NCBI RefSeq assembly: GCF_030144855.1
Contig: NC_082718.1
Location: forward strand, 110,670,001-110,734,000
DNA: 64,000 bases
Source of the DNA: Hypanus sabinus
Lineage: Eukaryota
Direction of reading: 5' to 3'
The position numbers and the translations under genes were made by a program. Positions 49,055-62,629 of this stretch are shown one piece after another (positions within the stretch are counted from its first letter, which is position 1; every line of letters begins with the position of its first letter). The notes beneath the pieces were generated by a model. That model was not told where the DNA came from. It was given only the letters and a program-made list of their open reading frames with translations, and did no database searches.

Positions 49055-49400
49055 TTCAATAGATACATTTAATGTCTTAGAAATGTATAAAATATAAATC
49101 TTGAAATTATTTTTCTTTGCAAACATCCATGAATACAAAGGAGTGCCCCAAAGAATGAATGACAGTTAAATGTTAGAACCCCAAAGCCACCTCCAAATCC
49201 CCCTCCCACACATAAGTAGCAGCAAAGCAACGACCATCCCCTCCCTCACCAGCAAAAAGGTATTGGCACCCTCCACCAAGTCTCAGGTGTGCAGCAAAGC
49301 ATCAATAAAGACACAGACTTGCAGTACCTCAAAGACAACACATTCACCCAGTATTCTCTCTCTCCCTAATACAAGTAAAAGAGTCTCTGTTTCCATGTTC
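49055..49400 (-). mobile_element. Dispersed non-coding retroposon (3 copies: also 52890-53630 minus and 57860-59945 plus)
   Basis: Shared gacagttaaatgttagaacccc, gcagcaaagcatcaataaagacacagacttgcag. Confidence 0.7.
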
Positions 49401-49854
49401 TAATTTAAATTATCATGGTAAGTCGAGTTACTTTTCAGAGAGGAGGTTAATCATTTACTTTCTTTCAAAAGCTGTGCAGAGTCTTTTTTGATTTCCTTTA
49501 TTCATGTCTGGAGTGCTGCTGAATGAATGGTTACACTTTGGGTTTAATTTCCTTGCGAGAGGCTGGCAAAGTGCAGAGGTGGGGACAGTGGGAAAGGATA
49601 TTCTAAAAAAAGAACCATTAAAGCACTTTGGTAGTCACATCAATTATCACTTGATCACCCTGTTCTAATTCCATAGGAAATTACACAGAGGAAGTATAAA
49701 CATGATACAAATAATTGAACCAGTGGAACCAGCCAACACTCTGTGTCAACTTTGTGAACATGAGGGATCTTGTTTTTTTTGAAAGTGGGATAGCAACTCT
49801 TTGACTTGAATGAAGATGACGAGGTATGCCAACAGCCAAATGAGAATTGTCCAT

Positions 49855-50310
49855 GGAACCATTAAACCATAAAACATAGGAGTAGAATTAAGCCATTTGG
49901 CTTATCAAGTTAACTCCAACATTCAATCATGGCTAACTTATTTTGTTTCTCTCAGCCCCATTCTCCAGCTTTCTCCCCACAACTTTTGACACCCTTACTA
50001 ATCAAGTACCTTTCAAACTCCTCTTTAAATATACCCAATGACTTGGCCTCCATGGCTGTCTGTGCAATGAATTCCACAGTTTCACCAGACACTGGTTAAA
50101 GAAATATCTTCTCATCTTTCCCTGAAAGGATGTCCTTCTCTTCTGAGGCTGTTCCTTCAGCTATTAGACTCTTCCATTATTGGAAACATCCTCTCCACAT
50201 CAAATCTATTAAGGCCTTTCACTATTGGGTAGGTTTCAATGATATCCCCACTCATTCTTCTAAACTGCAATGAGTACAGACCCAGAGCAATCAAATGCAT
50301 CTCATACGGG
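49855..50310 (-). mobile_element. CR1 3' fragment
   Basis: Same subfamily as the 3' part of 42168-43365. Confidence 0.8.
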
Positions 50311-50354
50311 GATCATTCTCATATCTTCAAGGTCTTCATAATAAGAAGGACTTT

Positions 50355-51130
50355 AATGGAATTTAATGTATTTAAGTGTGAGGTGTTGCACTTTGGGAGG
50401 ACAAACCAGGGTAGGACTTACATGGTGAGTGGCAGGGTATGGGTGAGTGCAGTAGCACAGAGGGATCTGGGAATACAGTTCCAAAATTCACTGATAGTGG
50501 TGTCACATGTAGATAGGGTTGTAAAGAAAACATTTGGTACATTGGCCTTCATAAAGCAAAGTACTGAGTACAGGAGTTGGTAGATTATGTTGAAGTTGTA
50601 TGTGAGGTCTAATTTGGAGTGCAGTTGTGCATTCTGTGCAGTTTTGGTCACCTACCTGCAGGAAAGATAGAAAGAGTACAGAGAAAATTGACAAGGATGT
50701 TGCTAGGACTTGAGGACCTGAGTAATAGGGAAAACTTGAATAGGCTAGGACTATATTCCCTAGAGTTTAGTAGAATGAGAGGAGATTTGATAGAGGTAAC
50801 AGAATTATGAGGAGTATAGATAGATTAAAGGCAAGCAGACTTTTTCCGCTGAGGTTGGGTGAGTGGAGGAGTTGAGATCATAGGTTAAGATGAAGGGTGA
50901 AATGTTTAAGAGGAACATGAGGGGGAACTTCTTCAGTCAGAAAATGGTGAGAGTGTGGAATGAGTTGCCAACACAAGTGGTGGGTGAGTGGTTGATTTCA
51001 ACATTTAATAGAGATTTGGATAGGTACATGGGTGGGAGGGGTATGGTTGGCTATAATCTGGGTGCAATTCGATGGGACTAGGGAGATTAAAGGATCTGTT
51101 TCTGAGTTGTGGTGTTCTATGATACTATGG
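50355..51130 (+). mobile_element. CR1 3' fragment
   Basis: MEFNVFKCEVLHFGRTNQGRTY..., LGLYSLEFSRMRGDLIEV, FFSQKMVRVWNELP. Confidence 0.9.
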
Positions 51131-51583
51131 CTGTAAGGTCTAAAATGGCCTTTTGTCTTTTATAAAATAAATATAATATATAATTAATGAACAAGCTTCT
51201 AAAAAATTAATAAGATAAAAGCCAGAAATAGGGAATCAAAATGGAAAAGAAAGATAAAACTAACAGAACATTGTAGTTAACAGAACGAAAAGACACATTA
51301 ATTTTGATGAATTGAATGCCTTGTTTCCATGATGTAATTTCATGCAGCCTCACAGCTGTCATCAGTAATATGACATAGTTAATTAGGGAGAGGACAGATA
51401 AAATATGTTTGGCCTGTCCTGTAGTATCCAATGAATATCTTATCTTTCAGCAGCTGCCAAGCAGTTCAAGATCATATTCCTTCTCTGGAGAGAGGGTTAA
51501 ATTTGTAAATCAAAAAAAAGGATAAATATTTAAAGGAAAAATAATTTACAGAGCAATGGGAATGAGCAGGGAGAGTATAAAAT

Positions 51584-51845
51584 ATAGTGGATTCTGGTTA
51601 ATTGGGACCCATCAGGTCCAGTACATTTTGGCCCAAACAAGCATTTGCCTCAATTAGCCAAAGTTTCATGGAAACAGTTAAAAAGGTATAAAAAAGACAA
51701 TGTCATTTAACTGAGTAACAAATCATGTACTTAAATGAAATACAGAGCAAATTAGAACATTACCAATACTAATACAGTACGATTAAACTGTGTATTAGCT
51801 CCTAATAGTTATCAACAAAGAAATTCACATGGAATATGCTATCAT
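51584..51845. mobile_element. One end of a pogo/Tigger-like MITE
   Basis: ta.agtggattctggttaattgggac... resembles a CAGT-type TIR after TA; partner TIR not found. Confidence 0.35.
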
Positions 51846-52119
51846 GAACGGGGAGGTGGAGCATCTCTGGTGAAGGGGGTTCTTGTGTCCACTCTGAATA
51901 CTGAGAAATTTATTCTGATGCAAGATCTGGGGCAAATTAGTCAGTGATAGGAACTATCCCTCCAAAATTAAATGCAAACATGTGCATCCCATTCTAACTC
52001 CTGCCAAAGTGAAAATGGTAAACATATGGTTTTTGAACTTGAGCTACTTTCCTTAGCTAAACACTCCTCTTTGAGGCCACCAATGAAATAGCCATCTTTG
52101 ATAGCCAACTATTCTTCTT

Positions 52120-52588
52120 GAAGGGTTGTCACCTTGATAGTTCCTCAGATTCTGAGAGTGATGCCATCTGGAGTTTAGCCATCTGGTGATTAACTCTTTG
52201 TAGGGTTACCCATGGTGGTATGGTCAAAGGCAAGCTCCAACCAAAAAGTGTTCCAACCAAGACTTCAATGGTAGAGCTGGCAGACAATGTTGACATATCA
52301 CAATGGCAGTGAAGGAGCAGGAAGGCTGTAGCAGTGAGAGGTCCCCAGTGAATTTGCATTCCATGCCACTGGACCCTGATCCCAATCTGTCAAGGACCTA
52401 TGGTGGCTCCCTGTGCATCAGTCTCCCCATGTTAAACAAAGTCACACACAGATATTTTCTATTTAGGGAATATACCCCAACATCCTGGATATGTGGATCC
52501 TGGCCTCTATAGCCGCCTGAAGATCTACCAACAGAGAACTCCTTAGGATCACATCACACTGATCTCGAGTGATCACACTACTACTACA
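52120..52588 (+). mobile_element. Possible second non-autonomous RTE/Expander-type element
   Basis: tagggttacccatgg...ccaaccaagacttcaatggtagagctggc resembles an RTE 5' UTR; ends gatctcgagtgatcacactactactac, a (TAC)n tail. Confidence 0.4.
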
Positions 52589-53010
52589 TGTAAGAATATT
52601 AGTGGTAAAACCTATGGGTTACTGATGGGAACGTGGGGAGAATAAAATGGAATTAATAACCGACTGGTGCAAATGAGTGTTTGAAGTGTCACTGGTTAAT
52701 TTATTCTGTACCTTACAATATTTAATTTATGCATTTTACTTTGCTTATTTATGGGTAATTCATCTATAGATTTTATTCTTATTTTCCCAAGTTATTGTCT
52801 GTTATATGTGTGTTATGTGTATTACACCTTGGTCTGGAGAAATATTGTCTTGTTTGAAGGTATACATGTAGATAGTTAAATTTAAAGCTTTCTAAGGGAC
52901 ATGTAATGTCAAAGAAATATATTAAAATATATATCCTGAAATGCATTTTCTTCGTAACCATCCACAAAAACAGAGGAGTGCCACCAAAGAATGAGTGACA
53001 GTTAAATGTT

Positions 53011-53363
53011 GAGAGGCATTGATTGTGTGGATAGTCAGAGGCTTTCTCCCAGGGCTGAAATGGTTGCCACAAGAGGACATAGGTTTAAGGTGCTGGGGAG
53101 TAGGTATGGAGGAGATGTCAGTGGTAAGTTTTTTACTCAGAGAGTGATGAATGTGTGGGATGGGCTGCCGGCAAAGCTGGTGGAGGTGGATATAATAGGG
53201 TCTTTTAAGAGACTTTTGGATAGGTACATGGATCTTAGAAAAATAGAGGGCTATAGGTAAGCCTAGTCATTTCTAGGGTAGGGACATATTCGGCACAACA
53301 TTGTGGGCCAAAGGGCCTATATTGTGCTGTAAGTTTTCTATGTTTCTATGTTTCCTATGTTTC
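53011..53363 (+). mobile_element. CR1 3' fragment with 8-bp TSD
   Basis: taaatgtt at 53003-53010 and 53364-53371; ORF RGIDCVDSQRLSPRAEMVATRGHRFK. Confidence 0.93.
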
Positions 53364-54534
53364 TAAATGTTAGAACCCCAAGATCACTCCCAGCTCCCCT
53401 CCCTCCCGTACATAAGTGGTAGCAAGCAACAATTCTCCCTCTCCCACCAGCAAAAAAAGCATCAGCACCCACCACTGAGCACTGAAATGTGAGCAAAGCA
53501 ACAGCAAAGACACAGACTTGCAGCACCCCAAAGACTAATTGTTCACCCAGTATTTGACACACCACAGGCTCTCCCTCTCCCTAATAGAGGAAAAAAAGGT
53601 GTCTCCATTTCACAGCGAGAGGGGAGACAATAAACTTTACCTGTCTTGACTTGACTAGATGGTAAGCATGAATTCGATGGGCAGAAGGATCTGTTCCCAT
53701 GCTGTTTGAGTTTATGACTGCTTTTCTATTCAATAAATGAGAACAAGAAAAAACTTTCCCTGAAAGGAGCATTTTAAAGTGCAGGAAAGTAATTACACAG
53801 ACCTTCCCTAGACAGACCAAACAACTTCCTTCAGTGATGTTAACCATATCTAAATATCAGTCAGGTCACTCCTCTTTGAACTAAAGCCTTGGTATCAATT
53901 ACATTTGCTTCAGTGGAATGGCATGTCTGACATATAGTGTCTTTGATAAAGCAACACTCCTGTTACTATACCAGAATGTCATCCTTGATTATTTGCTCAG
54001 GGTCTCTGTAGCATATGTGGAGTGGCAAATAATTAAATGTAGAAAACTACATGTATATATTAGTACTTGAAAAATAGAACAACATGAGCGGAACCCAGTG
54101 TGGTCATCTACTGATGTAGTCCATCCACTTCAAGACTCAATGTTTTATGTATTCAGAGGTGCTCTTCTGCACACCACTGTTGTAACACGTAGAAGGGCTG
54201 AGATGGCCTGTTTCCATGCTGTAATTGTAATCATGGCCAGGGCATGAAGGGATACAAGGAGAAGGCAGAAGATTGGGGCTGCCAGGAAAATTGATGAAAT
54301 GGCGGAACAGGCATGATGGGCCAAATGGCCTAATTCTGCTCCTATATCTTGTAGTTTTATTTGTGTTACTGTCATCTTCCTGTCAGCTTGAGCCAGTCTG
54401 GCCATTCTCCTCTGACAACTCTAATTAACATGGCATTTTTGCCCGCAGAACTGCCACTCAATTAATTTTTTAAATTTTTTGCACCATTCCTGGTGAACTC
54501 TACAGACTGTTGTGTTCCACAAGCATGGTGGTTC

Positions 54535-56310
54535 TGTCCCAGATCTGCTCATGAGATCTGGAACATCTAGCCATCAAGTGGTCTCCATTTAACCTGTCTT
54601 GAAAGTTTTCTGCCATCATCTTGGTAGCGGTGTACATTCCGCCACTGGCCATTATCAAACAGGACAGACAAATTAAGTGATGTAATCAACAGGCATGAAA
54701 CAAGAATGAAACAGTCGGATGCTTTCCCCATCATTTTGGGGGGATTTTAACCAGACCAGCTTGAAAAAGACTTATCACCAACATATCAGTCATGGGACCA
54801 GAGGGGCCAGCACAATGGACTCTCTTTACACTGCCATCAAGAACACCTACTATGCCATCCCACTCCCACACTTTGGAAAGACTGATCACCTTAATATAGG
54901 CAGAGACTGAGAACTGCAGTTGGGAGGACCAAGAGAGGCATAGGAGTGTTTTACAGGAATGCTTTGAGTCAGTGGACTGGATAGTATTCAGGGATTTATC
55001 TTTGGGTCGTATGAATACATCACAGTTGTCACTGATTTCATTAAAATCTACATGGAAGAGTGTGTGTCTATGAGAATATGTCGTACATACCTGAATCAGA
55101 AGTCATGGACCAACCAGGAGATTTGTAGTCTGCTGAGGGCTTGATCTATGGCATCCAAGTCTGGTGATCAAGGACTACAAAAAAAGGCTAGGTACAACTT
55201 ATGGAGGGCTATCATTTAGTAGCACTCATATCCACAGTGACAAAACGCATTGAGAGATGGCTAGAACCTTCCTAAGCAAGGACCTGGACACACTGCAATT
55301 TACCTATTGTCTCAATAGATCCAGAGCAGATGCAATCTTATTGGCTCTTCATACAGCCTTGGATCACCTGGACAACACTAATACTGACATCAGGCTGCTG
55401 TTTATTGACCACGACTCATTGTTTAACATAAACATTCCTACAGTTCTGATCAAAAAGCTTTAAAACCTGGGGCTCTGTACCTCCCTCTGCAACTAGATCC
55501 TTGACTTCGTCACCAGAAGACCACAATTGGTTCGGATTGGAAGTAACATCTCCATCTCATTTATAATCAACAATGTGTGCTTGGCCCACTTCTTCACTTT
55601 CTCTCTACACCCATTACTTTGTAGCTAGGTATAGCTCAAATACCATCTAAAAATTTGCTGACCATATAACTGAATTTGGCAGAATTTCAGATGGTGACAA
55701 GAAGGTTTACAGGAGTGAGATAGATCAGCTGGTTGAATGATGTTGCAGCAACAACCCTGCATTCAACATCAGTAAGACCAAAGAACTGATTATAGACTTC
55801 AGAAAGGGCAAGATGAAGAAAAAACACACCAGTCCCCTTTGAGGGATGAGAAGTGGAAAAGTTGAGCAACTTTAAGTTCCTGGGAGTCAATATCTCTGAG
55901 GATCTATCCAGGGCCTAACACATTAATGCAATTACAAAGGCGGCACAACAGCAGTTATTCTTTGAGGAGCTTTGGTATGTCACCAGAAACACTCAAAGAT
56001 GTACTGTGAAGAGCATCCTAATTGAGTGCATCACTGTCTGGTATGGGGGGAGGGGAGGGAACAGGATCAAAATAAACGGCAGAAAATTGTAAACTCAGTC
56101 AGCTCCATTATGGGCCCTAGCCTCCATAGTATCCAGGACATCTTCAAGGAGTGATGCATTCATCATTAAGAACTCCCATCACCCAGGACACGCCCCTAAT
56201 TGTTACTAGCATTAGGGAGGAGGCACAGGATCCAGAACACACACTCTCAATGATTCATGAATAGCTTCTTACCCTCTGCTATCAGATTTCTGAATGGTCA
56301 TTGAATCCAT
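54535..56310 (+). mobile_element. Degraded Rex1/Babar LINE (APE through RT to 3' end, with deletions)
   Basis: VAVYIPP, GDFNQTSL, LPHFGKTDH, DLDTLQFTY...DAILLALHTALDHLD..IRLLFID. Confidence 0.85.
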
Positions 56311-58100
56311 ATATAAAATATCTTGGTTTAAAGCCATGCTTTATTTTATTAATACAGTTATGTTGTTGGGCATTTATTTTTTGCAGATCTCAAATGGTAA
56401 TCTACGTAAAAAGTATTTCTTTATATTATATAATCACATATTTTTTATTTTTGCTGTTTAAAATAAAATATCAGTTCTTGATAAGTTAGGCTAGTTGAAT
56501 GAGCTAATAAGATTTTTCTTGTTACCATTTTCGCCAAGAAGGTGCCCAGGAGAAGAACCTGTAGCCATTTTGTTTCAATAGAAAGCGTGGGATCGATGGA
56601 GTTTCAAGGAACAGGCTAAAAGATGGAGAATGGAAATAGACAATGAAAATAGTGGAAGAACATGGTGAAACACTCACAGACCCCAATTTGGAAGGACAGA
56701 TACAGATATCAGAAAATCTTCATGCAGACTATGGTTTCACGGTTAATGTGCAGATAACAATGTTGGAGAAAGTTTGACGCCTTTTTCTTGGGTTGTTGTA
56801 TGAATATTTATTCATGTTTCACTTGGACTGGTTTTTCAGCACAAAACTATTTCGGTACCATGAGTTAATGAAGTGAAGCAAACTGGATTGGTTACACAAC
56901 ACTGAGCTCCAACAATTGCCTGCAGACTATAGACTGTTAGAAATGTGATGGGCCCTTTTATTTATTTTGCTGTTATTGTTTAAATTATTTTAATACAATT
57001 TCTCTCTAAGTTTATAATGGTGTGAGCTAAATTATAAACAGTAAATTTGTATGGGTGTGTCAGTAGTCATACAGGTAATTTGTCTTATTTTCCCCTAGAA
57101 GAAACATTCAAACTTCTATCTTTTGTTTTTACCCAAATGATATCCATCCTAGACCTATTAACTTACTGGAAATGACCCTTTCATTGTCATTCTTCATGCA
57201 CTGTAGAGTTAATTGCTGTTAGTTTGCATTCACAGTAATGACTAACTCATTACGAGGTTACAGTGAGAGGGTTATATATTTACTCCTTACTGTAATTTAA
57301 AATTTTTATTATGTACTGTAATGTACTGTAGCTGCAAAACAACACATTTCACAACTTATACCAACAATATCAAATATGATCCTATAAAAATCCCTTCTGA
57401 AATATTCAAACCACTCCATCTGGTGCCAACAATCCTTCAACGGCCAAAGTTACTTAGATCACATTTCTTCCTCATTCTGATGTTTGGTCTGAACAACAAC
57501 TGAAACCCTTCAGCATGCCTGTATGCTTTTATTATTAGGTTGCCTCCATATGATTGGCTAATTACAAATGTTTGTAGATATTTGCATTAACGATCAGGTG
57601 TGCAAGTGTACCTAATAAAATGGTCACTGATTGTTCATGTGTAGTGGTGAATAATTAAATGCAGAAAGCTAGATGTATATATAAATACTTGAAAAGTGGA
57701 ACAGCAATGGGACCATCTCCTAATGTAAAGCAAAACTGTAATAAACACTTTATCAGTCAGTGGAAGTATAATAAGTTACTCTATAAAAAGTTCTTTGGGC
57801 ACAGAGCTTGGAAAAAGGACCACAACATACATTTATCACCATAAATCTGTGAATTGTTTGTTATGTCTCCCCTCTCAACTTGAAATGGAGACATCGTTTT
57901 TTCCCTTATTAGAGAGAGAGAGCCTGTGGTATGTAGAATACCGGGTGAACGAGTAGCCTTTGGGGTACTGCAAGTTTGTGTCTTTATTGATGCTTTGCTG
58001 CATGCTTGAGTGCTTGGTGAGGGGTGTCGATGCTTTTTACCGGTGGGGGGGGGGGCGAGTGGCATCATTGTTTTGCTACTGCTAATGCGTGGGAGGGGGG

Positions 58101-59797
58101 AGACAGACAGACATACTTTTTTGATCCCGAGGGAAATTGGATTTCATTATAGCCGCACCAACCAAGAATAGTAAAGAAATATAGCAATATAAAATCATAC
58201 ATAATTAAATAATAATAAGTTAATCATACCAATTGGAAATAAGTCCAGGACCAGCCTATTGGCTCAGGGTGTCTGACACCCTGAGGGAGGAGTTGTAAAG
58301 TTTGATGGCCATAGGCAGGAATGACTTCCTATGATGCTCAGTGTTACATCTCAGTGGAATGAGTCTCTGGCTGAATGTACTCCTGTGCCTAACCAGTACA
58401 TTATGGAGTGGATGGGAGTCATTGTCCAAGATGACATGTAACTTGGATAGCGTCCTCTTTTCAGACACCACCGTCAGAGAGTCCAGTTCCACCCCCACAA
58501 CATCACTGGCCTTAAGAATGAGTTTGTTGATTTTGTTGGTGTCTGCTACCCTCAGCCTGCTGCCCCAGCACACAACAGCAAACATGATAGCACTGGCCAC
58601 CACAGACTCGTAGAACATCCTCAGCAACATCCGGCAGATGTTAAAGGACCTCAGTCTCCTCAGGAAATAGAGATGGCTCTGACCCTTCTTGTAGACAGCC
58701 TCAGTGTTCTTTGACCAGTCCAGTTTATTATCAATTCGTATCGCCAGGTATTTGTAATCCTCCACTATGTCCACACTGACCCCTTGGATGGAAACAGGGG
58801 TCACCGGTGCCTTAGCCCTCCTCAGGTCCACCACCAGCTCCTTAGCCTTTTTCACATTAAGCTGCAGATGATTCTGCTCACACCATGTGACAAAGTTTCC
58901 CACCGTAGCCCTGTAATCAGCCTCATCTCCCTTGCTGATGCTTCCAACTAAGGCAGAGTCATCAGAAAACTTCTGAAGATGGCAAGACTCTGTGCAGTAG
59001 TTGAAGTCCGAGGTGTAGATGGTAAAGAGAAAGGGAGACAGGACAGTCCCCTGTGGAGCCCCAGTGCTGCTGACCACTCTGTCTGACACACAGTGTTGCA
59101 AGCGCACGTACTGTGGTCTGCCAGTCAGGTAATCAATACTCCATGACACCAGGGAAGCATCCACCTGCATCACTGTCAGCTTCTCACCCAGCAGAGCAGG
59201 GTGGATGGTGTTGAATGCACTGGGGAAGTCAAAAAACATGACCCTCACAGTGCTCGCCGGCTTGTCCAGGTGGGCATAGACATGGTTCAGCAGATAGATG
59301 ATGGCATCCTCAACTCCTAGTCAGGGTTGGTAGGTGAATTGGGGGGGGGGGGGTCTAAGTGTGGCCTAACCATAGGCTGGAGCTGCTCTAGAACAAGTCT
59401 CTCCAGGGTCTTCATGATGTGGGAGGTCAATGCCACCGGTCTGTAGTCATTGGAGCCACTGGGGCACGGTGTCTTCGGTACAGGAACGAGGCAGGACGTC
59501 TTCCACAGCACAGGAACCCTCTGGAGACTCAGGCTCAGGTTGAAGACATGGTGAAGTACTCCACATAACTGGGGGACACAGACTTTGAGCACCCTGGGTC
59601 TGACACCATCCGGGCCTGCAGCCTTGCTTGGATGGAGACATTTCAGCTGTCTTCTTACCTGTTCAGCTGTGAAGCCCACCGTGGTGGTTTCAGGTGAGGG
59701 AGGGGTGTAGTCACGAGAGCAGGGTGGGGAGCAGTGAGGAGGGGTAGGAGGGGAGAGTGGAGTATGTGTTGGTTGGGGGCCGACAACAGATGAATCA
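58101..59797 (-). mobile_element. 5'-truncated Rex1/Babar LINE, relatively young
   Basis: ORFs 59317..59679 (KAAGPDG, NDYRPVALTS) and 58256..59248 (FFDFPSAFNTI, GAPQGTVLSPFLF, FSDDS); (GTCT)n tail; inserted in the 57860-59945 repeat. Confidence 0.95.
58256..59679 (-). pseudogene. Rex1/Babar reverse transcriptase pseudogene
   Basis: Two ORFs separated by a homopolymer-run frameshift (G run ~59341-59353) and a premature TGA. Confidence 0.9.
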
Positions 59798-60059
59798 GTT
59801 GGGGGGGCTTTGGGGTTCTAACATTTAACTGTCATTTTTTCTTTAGGGCACTCCTCTGTTTTTATGAATGTTTGCAAAGAAAAAGGATTTCAGGATGTAT
59901 ATTGTATACGTTTCTCTGACATTAAATGTACCTAATGAAACCTATTAATAAATGTAAGTACTTACTAGTATCATTAATCCCTGAAGGTATCTTTTTAAGT
60001 AAGTGCCATCATCTCCCATTACCTGACTTTTTAAAAATTTTCAGGATCTGGTATGGAAA

Positions 60060-60365
60060 TATCACCATTTATTGCCCATTGCTAAATTACCATCCAAAGG
60101 TCCTGCTTGCAGGATTATTTCCAAGGGCTTCTGAGAATCAACCCTCAGTTCTTGATGGTTCTGGAAACATGTATCAAGAGATGCATAAGTGTGACCGATT
60201 TCCTCACTGTGACAATAAGGAGCTAGAGACAATTTTATAAAGATCTGGTAGTTTTGTGTCACTTATCTTATTTCTTAACATTTGATTATTAACAGAAATT
60301 AAATGTCACTGCTGCTGTGGGGGATTCGAACTTGGGTCTGTGACCAGAGGTCAAGTCATTTAACC
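60060..60365 (-). mobile_element. Old tRNA-derived SINE
   Basis: B box gttcgaatccc on the minus strand (~60320-60335); catttattgcccat 3' end; related to 15150-15420. Confidence 0.5.
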
Positions 60366-60727
60366 ACAGAGAACTGTTACTGTATGTAAACATGAGTTAC
60401 ATTATAGAACTAATCTTATCTGCCCACATTAATGCTGTTGTACATGTTTTGCCTGTTTAAATAGCTGGATTATATGCCTTTTAAAGATTCAAATTCATTT
60501 ATCACATGTACATTAAGACAATCATTTGCACTAACAGCCAGCACAATCTGAGGATGTGCTGAGGGCTGCTCACAAGAGTTACCGTGCTTCCAGTGCCAAC
60601 ACAGCATGCCCACAATGTTCAATGGAACAAATCAAGCAACAGAACTAAACAAGCCTGTTTCGCACTAGAACACATTAAATACATAATGATTGCATCTGAT
60701 TCTACCATGACCTCTGGGACTGCGCTC

Positions 60728-61040
60728 ATAGAATCATAGAAAAGTACAGCACAGAAACAGCCCTTTGGCCTATCTAGTCTGTGCTGAACCATTTAAACTG
60801 CCTACTCCCATCTACTTGCAACAGGACCAGAGCCCTCCATACCCCTACCATACATTTACCCATCCAAGCTTCTCTTAAAAGTTGAAATCAAGCTCGTATG
60901 CAGCCTATATCAACCACTCTGTGTAAAAAAAAATACTCCTCAGATTCCTTTTAAAAAATCCTTCCTTTCATGTTAAATGTTTGCCCTCTTGCTTTTGTTT
61001 CTCACTACCTACCCTATTTCTTTCATAATCTTACACACTT
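60728..61040 (-). mobile_element. CR1 3' fragment
   Basis: catagaatcatagaaaagtacagcacagaaacagccc... Confidence 0.75.
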
Positions 61041-61744
61041 CTAGTATATATCTTGAAAAATATATGAAAAAAGTGTCATCATTGCAAATATATAAATGCA
61101 AGTTGACAAGTTATCAATTAATTTCAATCACTACAAGAAATTGTGATGGATTCACTCAACTCCTGGCACAAAGCAGATAATTGGAGATTTTGCAGAAAAT
61201 AAAATTCTGCAGAATAACTTGACAATGGGCTGCAGCATATTCTATATAAATGTTTACATTTCAATTGAGTCCCAATGTGTTTCTACAGAAACGTTTATTG
61301 CATTTGAAGCAGATAGTTATCGACCCTAGAAACTCCAAAGCAGCTAGGTTTATATAATGGAACTGGTCTGACAAAGGCTGATAAAAGATAACTAGCAATC
61401 AATATATCTGGAAAGCACTATTAAAAGCTGTGTCACCTGCTCAGGGAGTGAGGTGGTGCTGAGTTCATCGGTCAGAAAGGAATGTAATTATTTCATATTT
61501 CTGATCCTGGTAAAGCATTCGACGAATCAATAGTCATCACTTAGTAGATCTGTTACGTCCTTCAATGCTGAGAAGGGAGACACGGAGATTTTCCTGCCTT
61601 CATTATTTCTTGAAGAGACTGTAAGTAAGTGCATGATGAAAGTAACAGGCAGATGGGATTTTCCTCTGACAGGGCCAAATCAGCAGGGAGCTTTGCACAT
61701 GTACATCATCACATCTGCAAGATGAGATCATCACCTTTAGGCTG

Positions 61745-62140
61745 GTTCATTTCCACTACTGTCTGTAAAGAGTTTGCTTGTTTTCCCTGTGACCCTGTGG
61801 AGTTCTTCCAGGTATTCTGGTTTCCTCCCATGTTCCATAAACATACAGGTTAGTAGATTAAATGGTCATATTGTAGCGGTGTGCTACACGCAGCGCTAAA
61901 ATTACGACACGGAGTCGGTAACTGCAGTCGAAGGAAAAACTTTATTCGAAATCCTCAGCCTCGCTTTTTAAGCCTCCCTCAACCTGCCCCCATGGCGCAG
62001 AGGCTCCAAAGCTCTGTGCTCGCAAACCCCCGTAGGCTATCTAATTGTGAGCCGGTTCGGATGTGCTAGGAAATGGGTCACCACAACATGGGTGTAATTG
62101 GGCAGTGCGAGTTCATTGGGCAAGAGGGTTGTATCTCTAA
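61745..62140 (+). mobile_element. V-SINE interrupted by a solo LTR
   Basis: gagtttgcttgttttccctgtgacc...tctggtttcctccca...ggtca[LTR]acatgggtgtaattgggcag. Confidence 0.7.
61872..62085 (-). mobile_element. 214-bp solo LTR (Gypsy-like)
   Basis: TGT...ACA termini; AATAAA on the minus strand (~61940); 4-bp TSD atat/acat; CpG-rich. Confidence 0.8.
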
Positions 62141-62629
62141 GTAAGATATAATAAAATCTACACAGACAGCACAGAAGTCAGGATTGAACCCAGGCTGCTG
62201 AACCAGTGAGGCAGTGGCTCTACCTGCCATCACCATGTGGAGTTGAAGAGGTGGAAGATGCCTGTGCATGAACCCATTAAAATGAGGTTGTCCTCACATA
62301 TCTCCACAGGATGAGATCTTTATCCAGAGGCAAGGAGGCTCCAGACAGATAGAGGTTAGGGTTTGTTACAGAGAACAAATACATGTGCATGTATGCACAC
62401 ACATCAAACCACAAACACACACATCATGTACACAAGGACTTGTTATGAGAACTATGGAAGGCAAATTGACAAGTATAGAGTGAGTACAATTTAGAAAGAT
62501 GTCAATTGCTGCAAAGTATATTCATACAGCCTGAAACCATGAAAGATGCTACAGAAATACAGGCTTTCCCTTTCCAAAGATTTTATTAACAATTCAGTCA
62601 GAGTGCCACATTACTTAGTGTTTATGGGG

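Noticed and set aside
61548-61626. Possible exon ending at a strong GTAAGT donor (SVTSFNAEKGDTEIFLPSLFLEET)
   Set aside because: No polypyrimidine tract or credible acceptor; peptide not recognised.
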